The notes below the pieces were generated by a model. The model worked only from the letters and a program-made list of their open reading frames with translations, was not told where the DNA came from and searched no databases. A DNA stretch of 64,000 bases from Acidimicrobiia bacterium (lineage in GTDB: Bacteria; Actinomycetota; Acidimicrobiia; Acidimicrobiales; JANYDT01), in NCBI GenBank assembly GCA_025359845.1, contig JANYDT010000185.1:7935-71934 (forward strand), in the 5' to 3' direction. Made by a program: the position numbers and the translations under genes. Of the stretch, positions 20,733-32,864 are shown piece by piece (within the stretch, counting starts at the first letter, position 1; every line of letters starts with the position of its first letter).

Positions 20733-23492
20733 CTACACGGGACGGGAGTGGAGACCTCGGCGCCGAGACACGAAGAAGAGGGCGACACCGATGGCCATCG
20801 CCAGCACCGCCATCGAAGTCTGGAGACCAGAGTCGGTGCCGGTCAATGGCAAGGTGTCAACTGGGGCGTTGGGGGTGTCGGCCGGGGTGGGGGTGGTGGG
20901 CCCGAGCTTGGCGTTGGCTGGAGCTCGGCTGATCTGGATCCCCTTTACCTGTACCTTGAGCGCCTGTGTGCCCAAGACGGCGTATTTCGCCGGTAACCCG
21001 CCAGTGATCCTCATTCCGTAAATTCCGGCCGGAATGGTAAGGCAGTACTGACCGTTCGCGTCGGTCGTCGCCATCGCGGCCACATCGTCGGCGGTACCTG
21101 TCGCCCCGTCGGGGCCCGGGCTGGTCAACGCGACGGTGACGCCGCTGAGAGCGTCCTCGTTCGCATCCTTTTTGCCGTCGCCGTTCAAGTCCACCCACAG
21201 GGTTTGACACGCGGTGGCCAAGGCCGCCACCGAATTAGATGTGGTCTTGATGCTGTGGCCGGTGGTCGGGCCGGTGGTCGGGCTGGTGGTGGTGGTGGTG
21301 GGGGTGGTGGTGGGGGTGTTGGTTGTCGGGGTGGTGGTCGCCTCGGTTACCACGACAACAGAACTCGCGGCCCGGGCCGGACCGCTGGCGTCCGACAATG
21401 TTGTCGGGGCGGCGAGCGTGCTCGAGGTGGTGGTCGGGGCGACCGGGATGCTCGAGGTCGTCGATGGCGCCAGTTCAGGGGTCGTGGCTGGGGGCACGGT
21501 CGCGGCAACACTCGGTCCGAGCGTGGTCGGCTGAGTGATCGGCTGATTTTTCGTCGGCGGGGCTACGGAGGGGTCGCGCAGGGCGAAGTCGACAGTGAGG
21601 TCGGACCGGTTGTCGGCGGTCGGGTCGGTGGCCGCGTCGGACTCTCCCGTGGGTGCCCCATCCATGCTGATAGTCATCGCCGCGGCGTCGAGCGTCGAGC
21701 CCGAATCGGTTACCCCGTTATTGTCGTTGTCGACATGATTGTTGGGATTGGCCGACGTTGCGGTGGTCGAGCCGGCGACGAAGTTGGCTGGGAATGAACT
21801 CTTCACCAGAACTATCCGATACGTGCCTGGCACCAAGTACCCGAACAGGTATCGACCGTTCGCGTCGGTGAACTGCGTCGCCAGTAGACCAGAACCGTCG
21901 AAGATGCACACGGCGATTCCAGCCATTCCCGGACTCGCGCCGTCAGCTGCGGTCAGTAGGCCGTCATTGTCGATGTCATTCCAGACTCGATTACCGATTG
22001 TCATCGGGCGAAAGAGGCCGAAGTCGATCGTCGTAACCGATGTGGCCCCTACCGTCACCGTCGAAGAGCGCACCAAGGCCCCGGCCTGGGTGCCGTGATC
22101 TTGGCCGTTCGCCCCTGCCGCCTGGGTCTTGCCCGCCTCGTACGGCCCGGCAGCCATCGCCACCGCTCCTGTGCTCGACGCGTAGCCGTTGGGCGGCGTG
22201 AGGCTGACAACGTAATTGCCGGGCTGGACGCCGTCGAAGTGGTAAGCACCGGCGTTGTCCGTAACTGTCGCTTGGAGGGCTGCGCCATCGGGAACCCCGT
22301 CACTGTTGGCGTCGGCATGGAGGGTGATCGAGACGCCTCCGAGACCGTTTTCGCCCGGATCAAACACTCCGTTGTTGTTCGCGTCGTCCCACACGAAGTC
22401 GCCGATCGATGAAGTACCGGCGGTCGACATTGTCGTGGTCGGATTCGTACCAACAGTCGTGGTGGGGCCGACAGTCGTGGACGTTGCTGAGGGCGTCGTC
22501 GTGACGGGACCACCGGCGGGCACGACACCGAAGTCGATGTCAACGATATTGGCCTGTCCTGCAGTGACGGTGATTACCCCAGTGGCGATCCGGTTGGCAT
22601 TTTCCGAAATTCCGTTGCTGTGGACTCCGGTCGGCGGATTTTGCGGGGTCGGACTTGAGGAACCACCGGCCGGGAAGTTCGGGTCCTTCGTGATGATGAG
22701 GCGGTAGGTGCCTTCCCCCAGATTGCCGAAGTTGAAGTTTCCCGTCGCATCCGATTTCTTGATGGCCAGGGGGGTGGAGTTCGGATCAAGCGGGTCGACA
22801 GCGCCATCAAAGATGCACACGCCAACGCCGGCGATACCGGGTTCACCAGAGTCGAGCAAGGCATTGCCATTGACGTCGAGCCACACTTGGCCACCGATGC
22901 TCGTGGGTGCGAACAACCCAAAGTCGACATCATCTCGATTGCCCTGAACGTCCAAGACCACGCCCGTCGAGTAGGTCGTGACCAAGCCACCCCGCATACG
23001 TCCGTGATCGGTATCGTTGGGAGCGGTGTTCGGGTTATTAGACTCGGTGCTGACTCCGCTGTGATCGGTTGACGAAACGTAACCGGGTGCGTTGAATTCA
23101 ACGTAGTAGGCCCCCGCACTCAGCCCGGTGAATTGGTAGAGCCCTCCCCCCGCGGTCGTAGCGGTGCCGAGCGAAGAGTTGATCCGGTCGCCGGTTGAGG
23201 CGTCGGCCGCGAAGATCTTGATGGTTACCCCATCGATTCCGGGCTCACCGTTGTCGTGCACACCGTTGTCGTTTTTGTCATTCCAAACCAAATTGCCGAG
23301 CGTAAGGTTTCCGAGGCCCAGGTCCGAGCCCAGCGCGGCGGCTGATGGCGTCGGATTGGACCCGGCCGTACCTATCAGGGTGGCGACCCCAGCAATGGCG
23401 GCGAGCGCGGCCGCGATGAGTACGCGGCCTTTCGAATGACGTGATGAGCGGATCGTTGATCCCACGGTGATGTCCTCCCGGAACGTTGGCAC
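20733..23492 (-). CDS. LPXTG-anchored surface protein with SdrD-B/Cna-B-like repeats
   Basis: Signal peptide VLIAAALAAIAGVATLIG. Repeated modules beginning G(N/D)xVWxDxNxNGxxDxGExG (at least 5). Thr/Pro linkers. C-terminus is LPLTG + TM + RRRG. Confidence 0.85.
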   Translation of the reverse strand: MPTFREDITVGSTIRSSRHSKGRVLIAAALAAIAGVATLIGTAGSNPTPSAAALGSDLGLGNLTLGNLVWNDKNDNGVHDNGEPGIDGVTIKIFAADASTGDRINSSLGTATTAGGGLYQFTGLSAGAYYVEFNAPGYVSSTDHSGVSTESNNPNTAPNDTDHGRMRGGLVTTYSTGVVLDVQGNRDDVDFGLFAPTSIGGQVWLDVNGNALLDSGEPGIAGVGVCIFDGAVDPLDPNSTPLAIKKSDATGNFNFGNLGEGTYRLIITKDPNFPAGGSSSPTPQNPPTGVHSNGISENANRIATGVITVTAGQANIVDIDFGVVPAGGPVTTTPSATSTTVGPTTTVGTNPTTTMSTAGTSSIGDFVWDDANNNGVFDPGENGLGGVSITLHADANSDGVPDGAALQATVTDNAGAYHFDGVQPGNYVVSLTPPNGYASSTGAVAMAAGPYEAGKTQAAGANGQDHGTQAGALVRSSTVTVGATSVTTIDFGLFRPMTIGNRVWNDIDNDGLLTAADGASPGMAGIAVCIFDGSGLLATQFTDANGRYLFGYLVPGTYRIVLVKSSFPANFVAGSTTATSANPNNHVDNDNNGVTDSGSTLDAAAMTISMDGAPTGESDAATDPTADNRSDLTVDFALRDPSVAPPTKNQPITQPTTLGPSVAATVPPATTPELAPSTTSSIPVAPTTTSSTLAAPTTLSDASGPARAASSVVVVTEATTTPTTNTPTTTPTTTTTSPTTGPTTGHSIKTTSNSVAALATACQTLWVDLNGDGKKDANEDALSGVTVALTSPGPDGATGTADDVAAMATTDANGQYCLTIPAGIYGMRITGGLPAKYAVLGTQALKVQVKGIQISRAPANAKLGPTTPTPADTPNAPVDTLPLTGTDSGLQTSMAVLAMAIGVALFFVSRRRGLHSRPV

Positions 23493-23607
23493 GATCGCGG
23501 TATCGACAGGCGGGGGCTCGGTCTAGAGGGTATTTGTAGCTATTGGGCTCACCGGCCCACGCGGGTTACTCAACTTTGGTGAATAGATGGCGCCCATTGA
23601 TCGATGC

Positions 23608-23985
23608 TCAGGGCCGGTCGCGGTGGCGCGACCAAACCGCGGGCAGACCCGAGAATGGGACGAGATCGCGGCGGTACTCTCGATGGGTAGCCGCCACGGC
23701 CGCCGCGGTTGCCGCTCGTACGGCGGTCAGCTCGGCGCGCAACTCGACCACCTTGTCTTCTAGTTCCATGACCCGTTTCACGCCCTCGAGGTTTAGGCCG
23801 GCGGCGGTAAGTTCAGCGATGCGATGCAGCCGAGCGATGTCGCTTTGGCTATAGCGCCGACTCCCGCCGCCGGTTCGACTCGGTTCCAACAGCCCTTTGC
23901 GCTCGTAAATGCGCAGGGTCTGCGGGTGCATGCCGGCCAGCTCGGCGGCGACCGAGATGACGTATACGGCGCGGGTTTCCAGCAT
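23608..23985 (-). CDS. hspR: MerR-family heat-shock repressor HspR
   Basis: ORF 23608..24045 trimmed to ATG 23985 (MLETRAVYVISVAAELAGMHPQTLRIYERKGLLEPSRTGGGSRRYS). Last gene of the dnaK operon. Confidence 0.9.
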   Translation of the reverse strand: MLETRAVYVISVAAELAGMHPQTLRIYERKGLLEPSRTGGGSRRYSQSDIARLHRIAELTAAGLNLEGVKRVMELEDKVVELRAELTAVRAATAAAVAATHREYRRDLVPFSGLPAVWSRHRDRP

Positions 23986-23986
23986 C

Positions 23987-25129
23987 TCACACTCCCAAAT
24001 GGGCTCTCGGGGCCTCGGTGCCGATCGCGCTGGCGAGAGCCTCAATGGCGGCGCGCTGATCCGCCGTCAGCGTGACTGGAACGATCACGTCGACAGTGAC
24101 CAAGAGATCGCCGGCCCCCCCGGTCATCGGCGCACCTTTGCCGCGGACGCGAAAAGTCCTCCCACTGCGGGTCCCGGCCGGGACCTTCAGTTGAACCGGA
24201 TCTCCCAGCGTGGGCACCGTGACGGTGGCGCCGAGGGCGGCCTCGGGGAACGTGATCGGTACCTTGATCGTGAGGTCTTTGCCCTTGCGACCGAACAGAT
24301 CGTGGCCCCCGACGTTGGCCGTGACGTAAAGATCGCCCGGGGCACCGCCGTTGCGACCGGCTCCGCCCCGCGCCTTGAGGCGGATGCGCTGCGCGTCGGC
24401 GACACCGGCGGGCACCCGCACCTTGACTTGGCGGGCCTTGCGGGCGTTGCCCGATCCGCCGCAGTTGGGGCACGGCTTGTCGACCCGCATGCCGTTGCCG
24501 TTGCACCCCGTGCAGGGCTGGCTGAAACTGAAGAATCCTTGATTGGAATCAATGACCCCTCGACCGCCGCACTGGCTGCACACCACCGGGGAAGTGCCAG
24601 GAGCGGCGCCGGTGGCGTTGCAGGTTTCACACGGTGCATCGCCCAACACATTCACGCTCACCGTGGTGCCGCTGACCGCGTCGGCGAAACTCAAGGAGAG
24701 GCTGGTCTCGAGATCATCACCACGACGAGGACCGGGGGCGCCGGCGTTCGCTCCTCCTGCGCCCCCTTGCGACCCTCGACCCCGTCCTCGATTGAACAGG
24801 CCGCCCAGAAGGTCGCCGAGATCGTCAGTGCGAAAGCCTCCACCTCCGGCCCCCGGACCGGGGCGAGTTGTGCCAGGCCCGTAAGGATTGCCCATGGGCC
24901 CGAGCTTGCGCACCTCGTCATAGCTCTTCCGCTTTTCGGAGTCACTGAGCACGGAATACGCGCCTGATATCTCTTTAAAGCGCTCTTCCCGGCCGGGGTG
25001 ACTATCTGGGTGGTTCTCCTTGGCCAGCTTGCGATAGGCCTTGGTGATGTCTTTCTCGGTCGAGATCTCGGCTACACCCAAGATCTTATAATAGTCCTTT
25101 TCATACCATTCCCGTTGTGGCTGACTCAT
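23987..25129 (-). CDS. dnaJ: molecular chaperone DnaJ
   Basis: J domain with HPD (KENHPDSHPG), Gly-rich linker, four CxxCxGxG zinc motifs. Confidence 0.95.
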   Translation of the reverse strand: MSQPQREWYEKDYYKILGVAEISTEKDITKAYRKLAKENHPDSHPGREERFKEISGAYSVLSDSEKRKSYDEVRKLGPMGNPYGPGTTRPGPGAGGGGFRTDDLGDLLGGLFNRGRGRGSQGGAGGANAGAPGPRRGDDLETSLSLSFADAVSGTTVSVNVLGDAPCETCNATGAAPGTSPVVCSQCGGRGVIDSNQGFFSFSQPCTGCNGNGMRVDKPCPNCGGSGNARKARQVKVRVPAGVADAQRIRLKARGGAGRNGGAPGDLYVTANVGGHDLFGRKGKDLTIKVPITFPEAALGATVTVPTLGDPVQLKVPAGTRSGRTFRVRGKGAPMTGGAGDLLVTVDVIVPVTLTADQRAAIEALASAIGTEAPRAHLGV

Positions 25130-25164
25130 CCGTTCCTCACCCCCCTATCACTGTCGTTTGTGGC

Positions 25165-25730
25165 TTACGCTCGGACTTTGACCATGGCGGCGCGCATGAC
25201 CCGGCCCTTCCAGCGGTACCCAGCTCGTAGCACTTGGCTGACTACTGGGCCATCGGCACTGGCTTCGCCCTCTTCGGCCGCCTCGTGCATCACGGCGTCG
25301 GCCTCGGCCGGGTCGAACGGAGCTCCCTCGGGATGCAGCCGTTCCAGGCCTTCGGACTCGAGCGCACTCAACAGTTGGTCATGAAGTTTGGCCAACGGAC
25401 TGGCGTTGGGGTCGGTCTCGTGGCTGAGGGCCATTTCGAACGTGTCGAGCACTGGTAGAAGTCGATCGATTACTTTTTCGGTGGCTCGCCCGACTTCCAT
25501 TTCCATATCGACCCGAACCCGCTTGCGGTAATTCTCAAAATCGGCTTGTAACCGGCGGAGGGCGTCGAGGTAATCGTCGCGTTCTTTGGTGAGCGCGTCG
25601 AGGACCGCCAGCGGACTGGTCTCGTCAGGCCCGTCGGCCTCGGTTAGGCCTTCCGGTCGATCCCCGCTGGCCCCGCCGCCTGGGGCCCCGGGCTTTACGT
25701 CCGGGGCCCCCCATACTTCGGCTTCGTCGT

Positions 25731-25734
<4 letters not shown>
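25165..25734 (-). CDS. grpE: nucleotide exchange factor GrpE
   Basis: GrpE coiled-coil and beta-domain sequence (...[13 protein letters not shown]...[16 protein letters not shown]). The GTG start overlaps the dnaK stop (GTGA). Confidence 0.9.
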
Positions 25735-27575
<1,841 letters not shown>

Positions 27576-27622
27576 GGTGAGACTCCTTGTTATGAGGGGT
27601 TGTGATGGGGGATGCTATCGAA

Positions 27623-27643
27623 GTTGAGTGCCTCCGTAGCAAG
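27623..27643 (-). promoter_or_regulatory. HAIR-like HspR operator upstream of dnaK
   Basis: The minus strand reads CTTGCTA-CGGAGGC-ACTCAAC, 47 nt upstream of the dnaK ATG. The right arm matches the HAIR consensus 6/7. The left arm and first spacer bases (AACTTGCTACGG) are identical to the clpB site. Confidence 0.5.
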
Positions 27644-27674
27644 TTGCCCAGTGTAACGGGAGTCCGCGGGCTTG

Positions 27675-27835
27675 TATTCCGGGGATGGCGCCACAAGCAA
27701 CGAATCCTGCGCCGATTCACGGTATCCGCCGTTCCTTCTCGATATCCGACTATCGTTTACACCTTTGGTGTAGCGCCGACTACACGAACCCAGGTCAGCC
27801 GGAGCTACCAGTAGCGCGCGTCTCCACAAGTGCGC
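27675..27835 (+). ncRNA. candidate structured 5' leader of the CAP-domain gene (possible divergent ydaO/c-di-AMP-like element)
   Basis: Non-coding stretch of about 200 nt with two related boxes, ACGAATCC (27700) and ACGAACCC (27784), plus GGGGA (27681) and AGCTACCAGTAGCGCG (27803). This resembles the ydaO 3' core CCGAAYCC..AGCUAACCUCGUAAGCG but with indels. By-eye match only. Confidence 0.25.
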
Positions 27836-27872
27836 TGCATCGGTTAGGTCCGCCACCACCCAAGGATCGACA

Positions 27873-29189
27873 ATGACCACGACTTCCCCGCCGTTTGGCC
27901 ATCGACGCCGCCCCGACCGCGTCCTTTTTGTACTGTGGCTAGCGTTCGCCGTGAGCCTTTGCGGAGGGTTCGCATCGGCCCAAGCAACTGTCGCGCCGAA
28001 CTCGACAACGCTACGCATTATGCCGTTCGAGGGCCTTGACACAACCTCCCGTTCGGCGGTTGAATCGGCGTATCGGGCCGATTTCTCGATTCCCGAACCG
28101 GCCATCGAATGGACCGGCGACCGCTCGCAGTGTCTACCAGGAACCACGTCTGACGCGTTTCTGGCCGCCACATTGCGGCGCTTGAACTTCTTTCGGGCCA
28201 TGGCCGGAGTGCCCGCTGACGCCGTGCTCGACGACGACATGACGAAACGGGCACAGGCCGCGGCACTCGTCGTCACGCAACAGGGCGAGTTGAGTCATGC
28301 GATTCCTCCGAGTTGGCCGTGCTACAGCGAGCTGGCCGCCCGTGGCGCGGCGACTGGCAACCTGCACCTCGGCTACGCTGGCCAAAAGGCCATCTTCTCG
28401 TTCATGGAAGACGAAGGATCGAACAACGCTCGAGTCGGACATCGGCGATGGATGCTTTTGCCCAGCACCCGTCGAGTCGGCGTCGGCAATGTTCCGGCCG
28501 CCGGCGGGGCATGGGCCGGATCGGTGCTCGTCATCGCGGGAGGCGCCGCCAGCCCGACCAGTCAGCCCGCGACTCGCACCGTTTTCGTCGCTTGGCCTCC
28601 ATCCGGGTTTGTCCCGTTCCCTCTGATGCCGACTCGATGGTCGTTCTCGCTGCCTTCCACTGACTTCCGGGCCGCTTCCGTGAGGGTCACGCAAAATGGC
28701 GAGCCGATTCCGGTGACGATCGAATACCAAAGCCCGCAGGGCGAGGGCTACGGCGACGACACGCTGGTCTGGTCGCTGTCGTCAGCGCCGGCGCGCCGCC
28801 CTTCAACCGGCCACGACGACACCTATTCGGTAACCGTCGTCGTCGGAGATACCACCTACCGCTATGACGTGGTTGCCTTCGATGTCGACCCAGCCCTGAC
28901 GGAGGTACCTGGGTCCAGTGCACCGGCCGCGCAACAGACTGTCGCTCCGACCGCGGTCAGCTACCCCACGTCAGGACCGCAGCCAGCTGAGGTTGCGAGC
29001 AACGCAACGGTGGACGTGGCCGTCACGCCAGGGCCGACCGTACCCGTCGCATCGGTCGCGGCCCGGCAGTCATCGTCCAAAGGAACAAGGTTTTCCCCGC
29101 TGAGGGTGCGGAAGACTTTGACTGTCCGAAAGTCGTCGAGAGTTCGAAAACGAAGCTTCTCCGCTCGAAGCCGACCCATCGGTAAGTAG
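27873..29189 (+). CDS. secreted CAP/SCP-like domain protein with basic C-terminal tail
   Basis: Signal peptide VLFVLWLAFAVSLCGGFASAQA. CAP-like core (...LRRLNFFRAMAGV...VGHRRWMLLP...). C-terminus is rich in R/K/S (RVRKTLTVRKSSRVRKRSFSARSRP). Confidence 0.65.
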   Translation: MTTTSPPFGHRRRPDRVLFVLWLAFAVSLCGGFASAQATVAPNSTTLRIMPFEGLDTTSRSAVESAYRADFSIPEPAIEWTGDRSQCLPGTTSDAFLAATLRRLNFFRAMAGVPADAVLDDDMTKRAQAAALVVTQQGELSHAIPPSWPCYSELAARGAATGNLHLGYAGQKAIFSFMEDEGSNNARVGHRRWMLLPSTRRVGVGNVPAAGGAWAGSVLVIAGGAASPTSQPATRTVFVAWPPSGFVPFPLMPTRWSFSLPSTDFRAASVRVTQNGEPIPVTIEYQSPQGEGYGDDTLVWSLSSAPARRPSTGHDDTYSVTVVVGDTTYRYDVVAFDVDPALTEVPGSSAPAAQQTVAPTAVSYPTSGPQPAEVASNATVDVAVTPGPTVPVASVAARQSSSKGTRFSPLRVRKTLTVRKSSRVRKRSFSARSRPIGK

Positions 29190-29257
29190 ACAATCTTCAA
29201 GGACCCGGGCCCCCGGCCAACGCACCCGTAATCGAGAAACGCATGCCCCCACCGTGG

Positions 29258-29908
29258 CTACCCGTCCATCTCGCGGCGGCCCTCCAGCGCCCGTCCGAGC
29301 GTGAGTTCGTCGGCGTATTCGAGGTCGCCGCCCACGGGAAGGCCGCTGGCGATGCGCGAGACGATCAGGCCGAGCGGCTTCAGCATCCGGGCCAGGTAAA
29401 GCGCGGTGTATTCGCCCTCGATGTTCGGGTTCGTGCACAGGATCACCTCGCGGATCTCTTCTTTGCCGAGGCGCACGAGAAGCTCTTTGATTCGGAGTTG
29501 TTCGGCGCCGACGCCTTCGAGGTGATTGATGGCACCCTGGAGCACGTGGTAGCGGCCTTTGAACTCTTGGGTCCGTTCGACGGCCACCACGTCTTTGGGT
29601 TCTTCGACGACGCAGATGACCGCAGTGTCGCGATGGGGATCGGCGCAGATCGCGCACTCGACGCTGAACGTGTCGGGGTCGGTGTCTGGCGCGAGCGTGT
29701 CAGACACTTCGGCGAGGTTGAAGCAGCGTTCGCAGAACACCACTCGCTCTTTGGCTTGCTGCAAGGCCCGCGCCAGCCGCTGGACGTCTTCTTTCGGGCG
29801 CTTCAGCAGGTGGTAGGCAATCCGCTGGGCGGACTTGGGGCCAATGCCAGGAAGGCGTCCGAGTTCGTCGATCAGGTCCTGGACGGGAGGGGCGTAGACC
29901 GCAGCCAC
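29258..29908 (-). CDS. recR: recombination protein RecR
   Basis: [24 protein letters not shown] HhH, C4 zinc finger CERCFNL...CAIC, Toprim domain. The GTG start overlaps the ybaB stop (TAGTG). Confidence 0.93.
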   Translation of the reverse strand: MAAVYAPPVQDLIDELGRLPGIGPKSAQRIAYHLLKRPKEDVQRLARALQQAKERVVFCERCFNLAEVSDTLAPDTDPDTFSVECAICADPHRDTAVICVVEEPKDVVAVERTQEFKGRYHVLQGAINHLEGVGAEQLRIKELLVRLGKEEIREVILCTNPNIEGEYTALYLARMLKPLGLIVSRIASGLPVGGDLEYADELTLGRALEGRREMDG

Positions 29909-30228
29909 TACTGGCCGAGGAGCCCGCCGAGGGACCCGAGATCGAGTGATCCCATGGCCTGCTGGCCCAACGCCTTGGCCTTCGTGGCGCCGTCGTGGAT
30001 GGCGGCCAAGATCAGATCTTCGAGCATCTCGACGTCGCTCGGGTCGACGGCCTTGGGATCGATTCTGATCGATCGAAACTCCATGGCCCCCGTCAGTTCG
30101 ACCCGCACCAAACCGCTGCCTGATACGCCTTCGATGACCTGTTCGGCCGCCTGCTGTTGGGCCGCCATCATCTCCTGCGCCTGGCGCAACAAGTCGCCCA
30201 ATCCGCCCATCTCGGCCATCTCGCTCAT
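29908..30228 (-). CDS. ybaB: YbaB/EbfC nucleoid-associated protein
   Basis: 106-aa product [31 protein letters not shown]...GLVRVELTG, located between dnaX and recR. Confidence 0.9.
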   Translation of the reverse strand: MSEMAEMGGLGDLLRQAQEMMAAQQQAAEQVIEGVSGSGLVRVELTGAMEFRSIRIDPKAVDPSDVEMLEDLILAAIHDGATKAKALGQQAMGSLDLGSLGGLLGQ

Positions 30229-30351
30229 GTCATCCTCGCTTCGCCACCCCGTACCGGCCTTCGGCCGGGTGCGGGGGCCCCGTCTCTGCTGCGAGTGCCA
30301 TGTTGTTTGATGGAGCTCCGCTCCTCCGTTGCACTTCGGTGCTCGCTCATG

Positions 30352-32385
30352 TCAGCTCTCTTCCACAACCACGGTTTTGGGTCCGAACGCCTTGAGGACC
30401 AGATCAAGGCCCGACACTACTTGCGCCGGGGGGGCATCCTCCAGCTCTCGCACGTCGATCGACGCGTGTTCGTCGTCGTATTGATCGTCCGGACCGACAG
30501 TCAGGGCATTGGCCCGGGCCACGACCCGGCGATCCGTGTGCACGAGAGCGATGGCCTCGTCTCGGCGAGGCGGTTCGTCTCCACCGACTTCTCCTACATT
30601 CACGCACATCGTGACCGGACCCCCGACGGCCGCCGCAGCCGCCGCTTCGACCTCGGCGAGCTTGGCTTCGCACCGCACCCGGTGGGGTTCGTTGGCCACC
30701 GAGACCGTTACGATCGTCGCCGTCCCGTCGTGGTCGAAGACGGCCCGGCCGCTGGCGAACAGCGCCCGGGTGCCGCGCGTAAGGGCCTCCAACGTCCGCT
30801 CCCATGGATCGGTGCTGGTCGAGGTTGGTTCCACGGGGGGCGTAGACGTATCTCCGCCATGTCGTGGGGTGGCGAGGGTGGCGGGACGGGCCGCAGCCGC
30901 CGACGATCGTCCTCCACCCAAGGCCGCGCGAGCCGCGTCGGCGACGCCCCGACGTCCACCGTTTGCATCGCGGTCGGGGGGAGACCCAGTCGCGGGACGC
31001 GATGACTCAGCATCAGGACGCAACGGGGGTGCCGGAATCGAGGCGGGTAACGGTGGCTGGCCTTCCAGCGGTCGGGGGGCTGGGCCGTCGCTCGCCTCCG
31101 GCGCGGCACCCTCTGAACGAGCCGATGGGGACGGCGGCGATGATGGTCGGGGGGGGTCATCGCCGGGAGGCGGGGATGGTGGGCCTTCGCGTGGCCGGGT
31201 GGCCGGGCTGTCACTCACTTCGGCCGGGGGCCCCTCCCGACGGGGGGACGGAGCCGCCGGGGGCGTTGGGGCGACGAGACGCACCGGGGGCGGCGGCGGA
31301 GTTCCGTTGCGCTCAATGCGCTCGATCCGTTCCAGTAGCGCGGCCGGCGATGTGTCGAGTTCCGGCCGGGCCAGACGCACAAGCGCTACTTCGAGCGTGA
31401 GGCGAGGATCGAGGGCCTCGCGCTGATCGACCAACGCTTCCCCCAGCACCTCCATGGCCCGAGTGAGCGCGGCCGGTGAAGCGGCCGCGGCCCAAACGGA
31501 AACCGCCGGATCGGGCGTGACCAACCGCGGCGCCATCACGGCGAGAAAGATTTGCCGGAGTTGCTCGACGAGATCGCGTGCGAGTTGGCGCGCCTCGCGG
31601 CCCCGCTCCGAAGCTTCGGCCACTGCCGTCAGCGCGGCGCCGGCGTCTCGTGCGATCAGCGCAGTCACGATTTCGCCGACACTCTCCCTCCGGTCGTCAA
31701 TGCCACCCGCGGCCGCCACTTGATCGAGCGCCGACAACGCATCACGGGCCGAACCCCGTCCTCGTCGAGCGACCTCTTCGAGCGAAGCGTCGTCGAGTTC
31801 TATACCCGCTTCGTCGGCCACCCATCGCAGGTGTTCGTGCAGCAGGGTCGTGGCGAGTAGCCGGAACTCGAAGTGCTGTGTTCGGCTCGTGATCGTGGGC
31901 AGCACTTTTTGGGGATCGGTGGTGGCCAACACGAACACCACGTGTGACGGCGGCTCTTCGAGTGTCTTGAGCAGCGCGTTGGCGGCCGCCGTCGAGAGCA
32001 TGTGCACTTCGTCGACGATGAACACCCGGTGGCGCCCCGAGGTGCCCAGCGACGCCCTGGCCACTAGGTCGCGCATAGCATCGACGCCGTTGTGGGACGC
32101 GGCATCGAGTTCGGTCACGTCCATCGACGTTCCGGCCGCCACCATCAGACACGACGCACAGATTCCGCACGGTTCGCCCCCCTCGAGGGCGGTGCAGTTG
32201 AGCGCCTTGGCCAAAATTCGGGCCGTCGAAGTCTTGCCCGTACCTCTCGGCCCGCTGAACAGGTACGCGTGAGTTACCTTGGCGTCACGAACGGCGTTGC
32301 GCAGTGCCGTGGCGACGTGTTCCTGGCCCTTGAGCTCATCGAAACGCTGCGGCCGAAACCGGCGATAGAGCGACTGGTAGTCCAC
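30352..32385 (-). CDS. dnaX: DNA polymerase III subunit gamma/tau
   Basis: AAA+ clamp-loader N-terminus ([15 protein letters not shown]...[16 protein letters not shown]...CGICASC...[10 protein letters not shown]) followed by a Pro-rich tau linker. Confidence 0.95.
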   Translation of the reverse strand: MDYQSLYRRFRPQRFDELKGQEHVATALRNAVRDAKVTHAYLFSGPRGTGKTSTARILAKALNCTALEGGEPCGICASCLMVAAGTSMDVTELDAASHNGVDAMRDLVARASLGTSGRHRVFIVDEVHMLSTAAANALLKTLEEPPSHVVFVLATTDPQKVLPTITSRTQHFEFRLLATTLLHEHLRWVADEAGIELDDASLEEVARRGRGSARDALSALDQVAAAGGIDDRRESVGEIVTALIARDAGAALTAVAEASERGREARQLARDLVEQLRQIFLAVMAPRLVTPDPAVSVWAAAASPAALTRAMEVLGEALVDQREALDPRLTLEVALVRLARPELDTSPAALLERIERIERNGTPPPPPVRLVAPTPPAAPSPRREGPPAEVSDSPATRPREGPPSPPPGDDPPRPSSPPSPSARSEGAAPEASDGPAPRPLEGQPPLPASIPAPPLRPDAESSRPATGSPPDRDANGGRRGVADAARAALGGGRSSAAAARPATLATPRHGGDTSTPPVEPTSTSTDPWERTLEALTRGTRALFASGRAVFDHDGTATIVTVSVANEPHRVRCEAKLAEVEAAAAAAVGGPVTMCVNVGEVGGDEPPRRDEAIALVHTDRRVVARANALTVGPDDQYDDEHASIDVRELEDAPPAQVVSGLDLVLKAFGPKTVVVEES

Positions 32386-32533
32386 GGCTGCGAGGATATC
32401 GGGCCCGTGTGACAGACGCGCGGGTGGTCACGGCACGGCGCCGCTGGACACTTGAACGCCGAACCTTGGAACGCGGCGCAAGGAGCCACCCTGACAGGGT
32501 TCTCGCCAGGCTCGCATGGCGATTCGTCCAGAA

Positions 32534-32668
32534 GGGCGCTGGTCGGCGTGACGGTCAGGCTGACTGCGGCACAGTGCAGTACCCGCTGAGAGCTGCTGCC
32601 TCCCGGCCCTGACTCGATTCACGGGGTTGCCCTTGCGCAGGACCCGACCGCCACGCCCACCAGCGCCC
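32534..32668 (-). ncRNA. ffs: signal recognition particle RNA (4.5S-type)
   Basis: The minus strand folds as one long hairpin. 5' GGGCGCTGGTGGGCGTGGCGGTC pairs with 3' GACCGTCACGCCGACCAGCGCCC. The apex GAGTCAGGGCC-GGGA-GGCAGCAGCTC reproduces the domain IV motif (E. coli GGUCAGGUCC-GGAA-GGAAGCAGCC). It sits in the conserved position upstream of dnaX. Confidence 0.75.
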
Positions 32669-32748
32669 GAAAGCGCTTCGCGGACGAAGCACTGAAGAGG
32701 CTAGCCTGTCACCGACCGGTATCGGTCACGATGTGGTTCACCACACCG

Positions 32749-32833
32749 GGAGGAATGCGAGAGCGGCCGAACCGGCACGCTTGGAAAGCGTGTGAAGGGC
32801 AACCTTCCGTGGGTTCGAATCCCACTTCCTCCG
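32749..32833 (+). tRNA. tRNA-Ser (anticodon GGA)
   Basis: GGAGGAA acceptor pairing with TTCCTCC. Anticodon stem CACGC/GCGTG with loop TTGGAAA. Long variable arm GAAGGGCAACCTTCC. T arm GTGGGTTCGAATCCCAC. Confidence 0.93.
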
Positions 32834-32864
32834 CTGCTATGAAACGACCCATTCTACTGGCGAG

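Noticed and set aside
27590-28276. 228-aa minus-strand ORF
   Set aside because: It is antisense to the CAP-domain gene, runs through the dnaK promoter/operator region, and has no recognisable motifs.
29243-30310. 355-aa plus-strand ORF
   Set aside because: It is antisense to recR and ybaB, both of which carry unmistakable signatures.
30229-30351. GC-rich hairpin (CCGGCC-GAA-GGCCGG) between dnaX and ybaB as a terminator
   Set aside because: It has no U-tract and the genes are a conserved co-transcribed set. At most it is a processing or stability element.
30352-32385. Programmed ribosomal frameshift site in dnaX
   Set aside because: I found no A-AAA-AAG-type slippery heptamer. The only A-run (CAAAAAG near 31905) lies in the N-terminal ATPase domain, not at the gamma/tau boundary.
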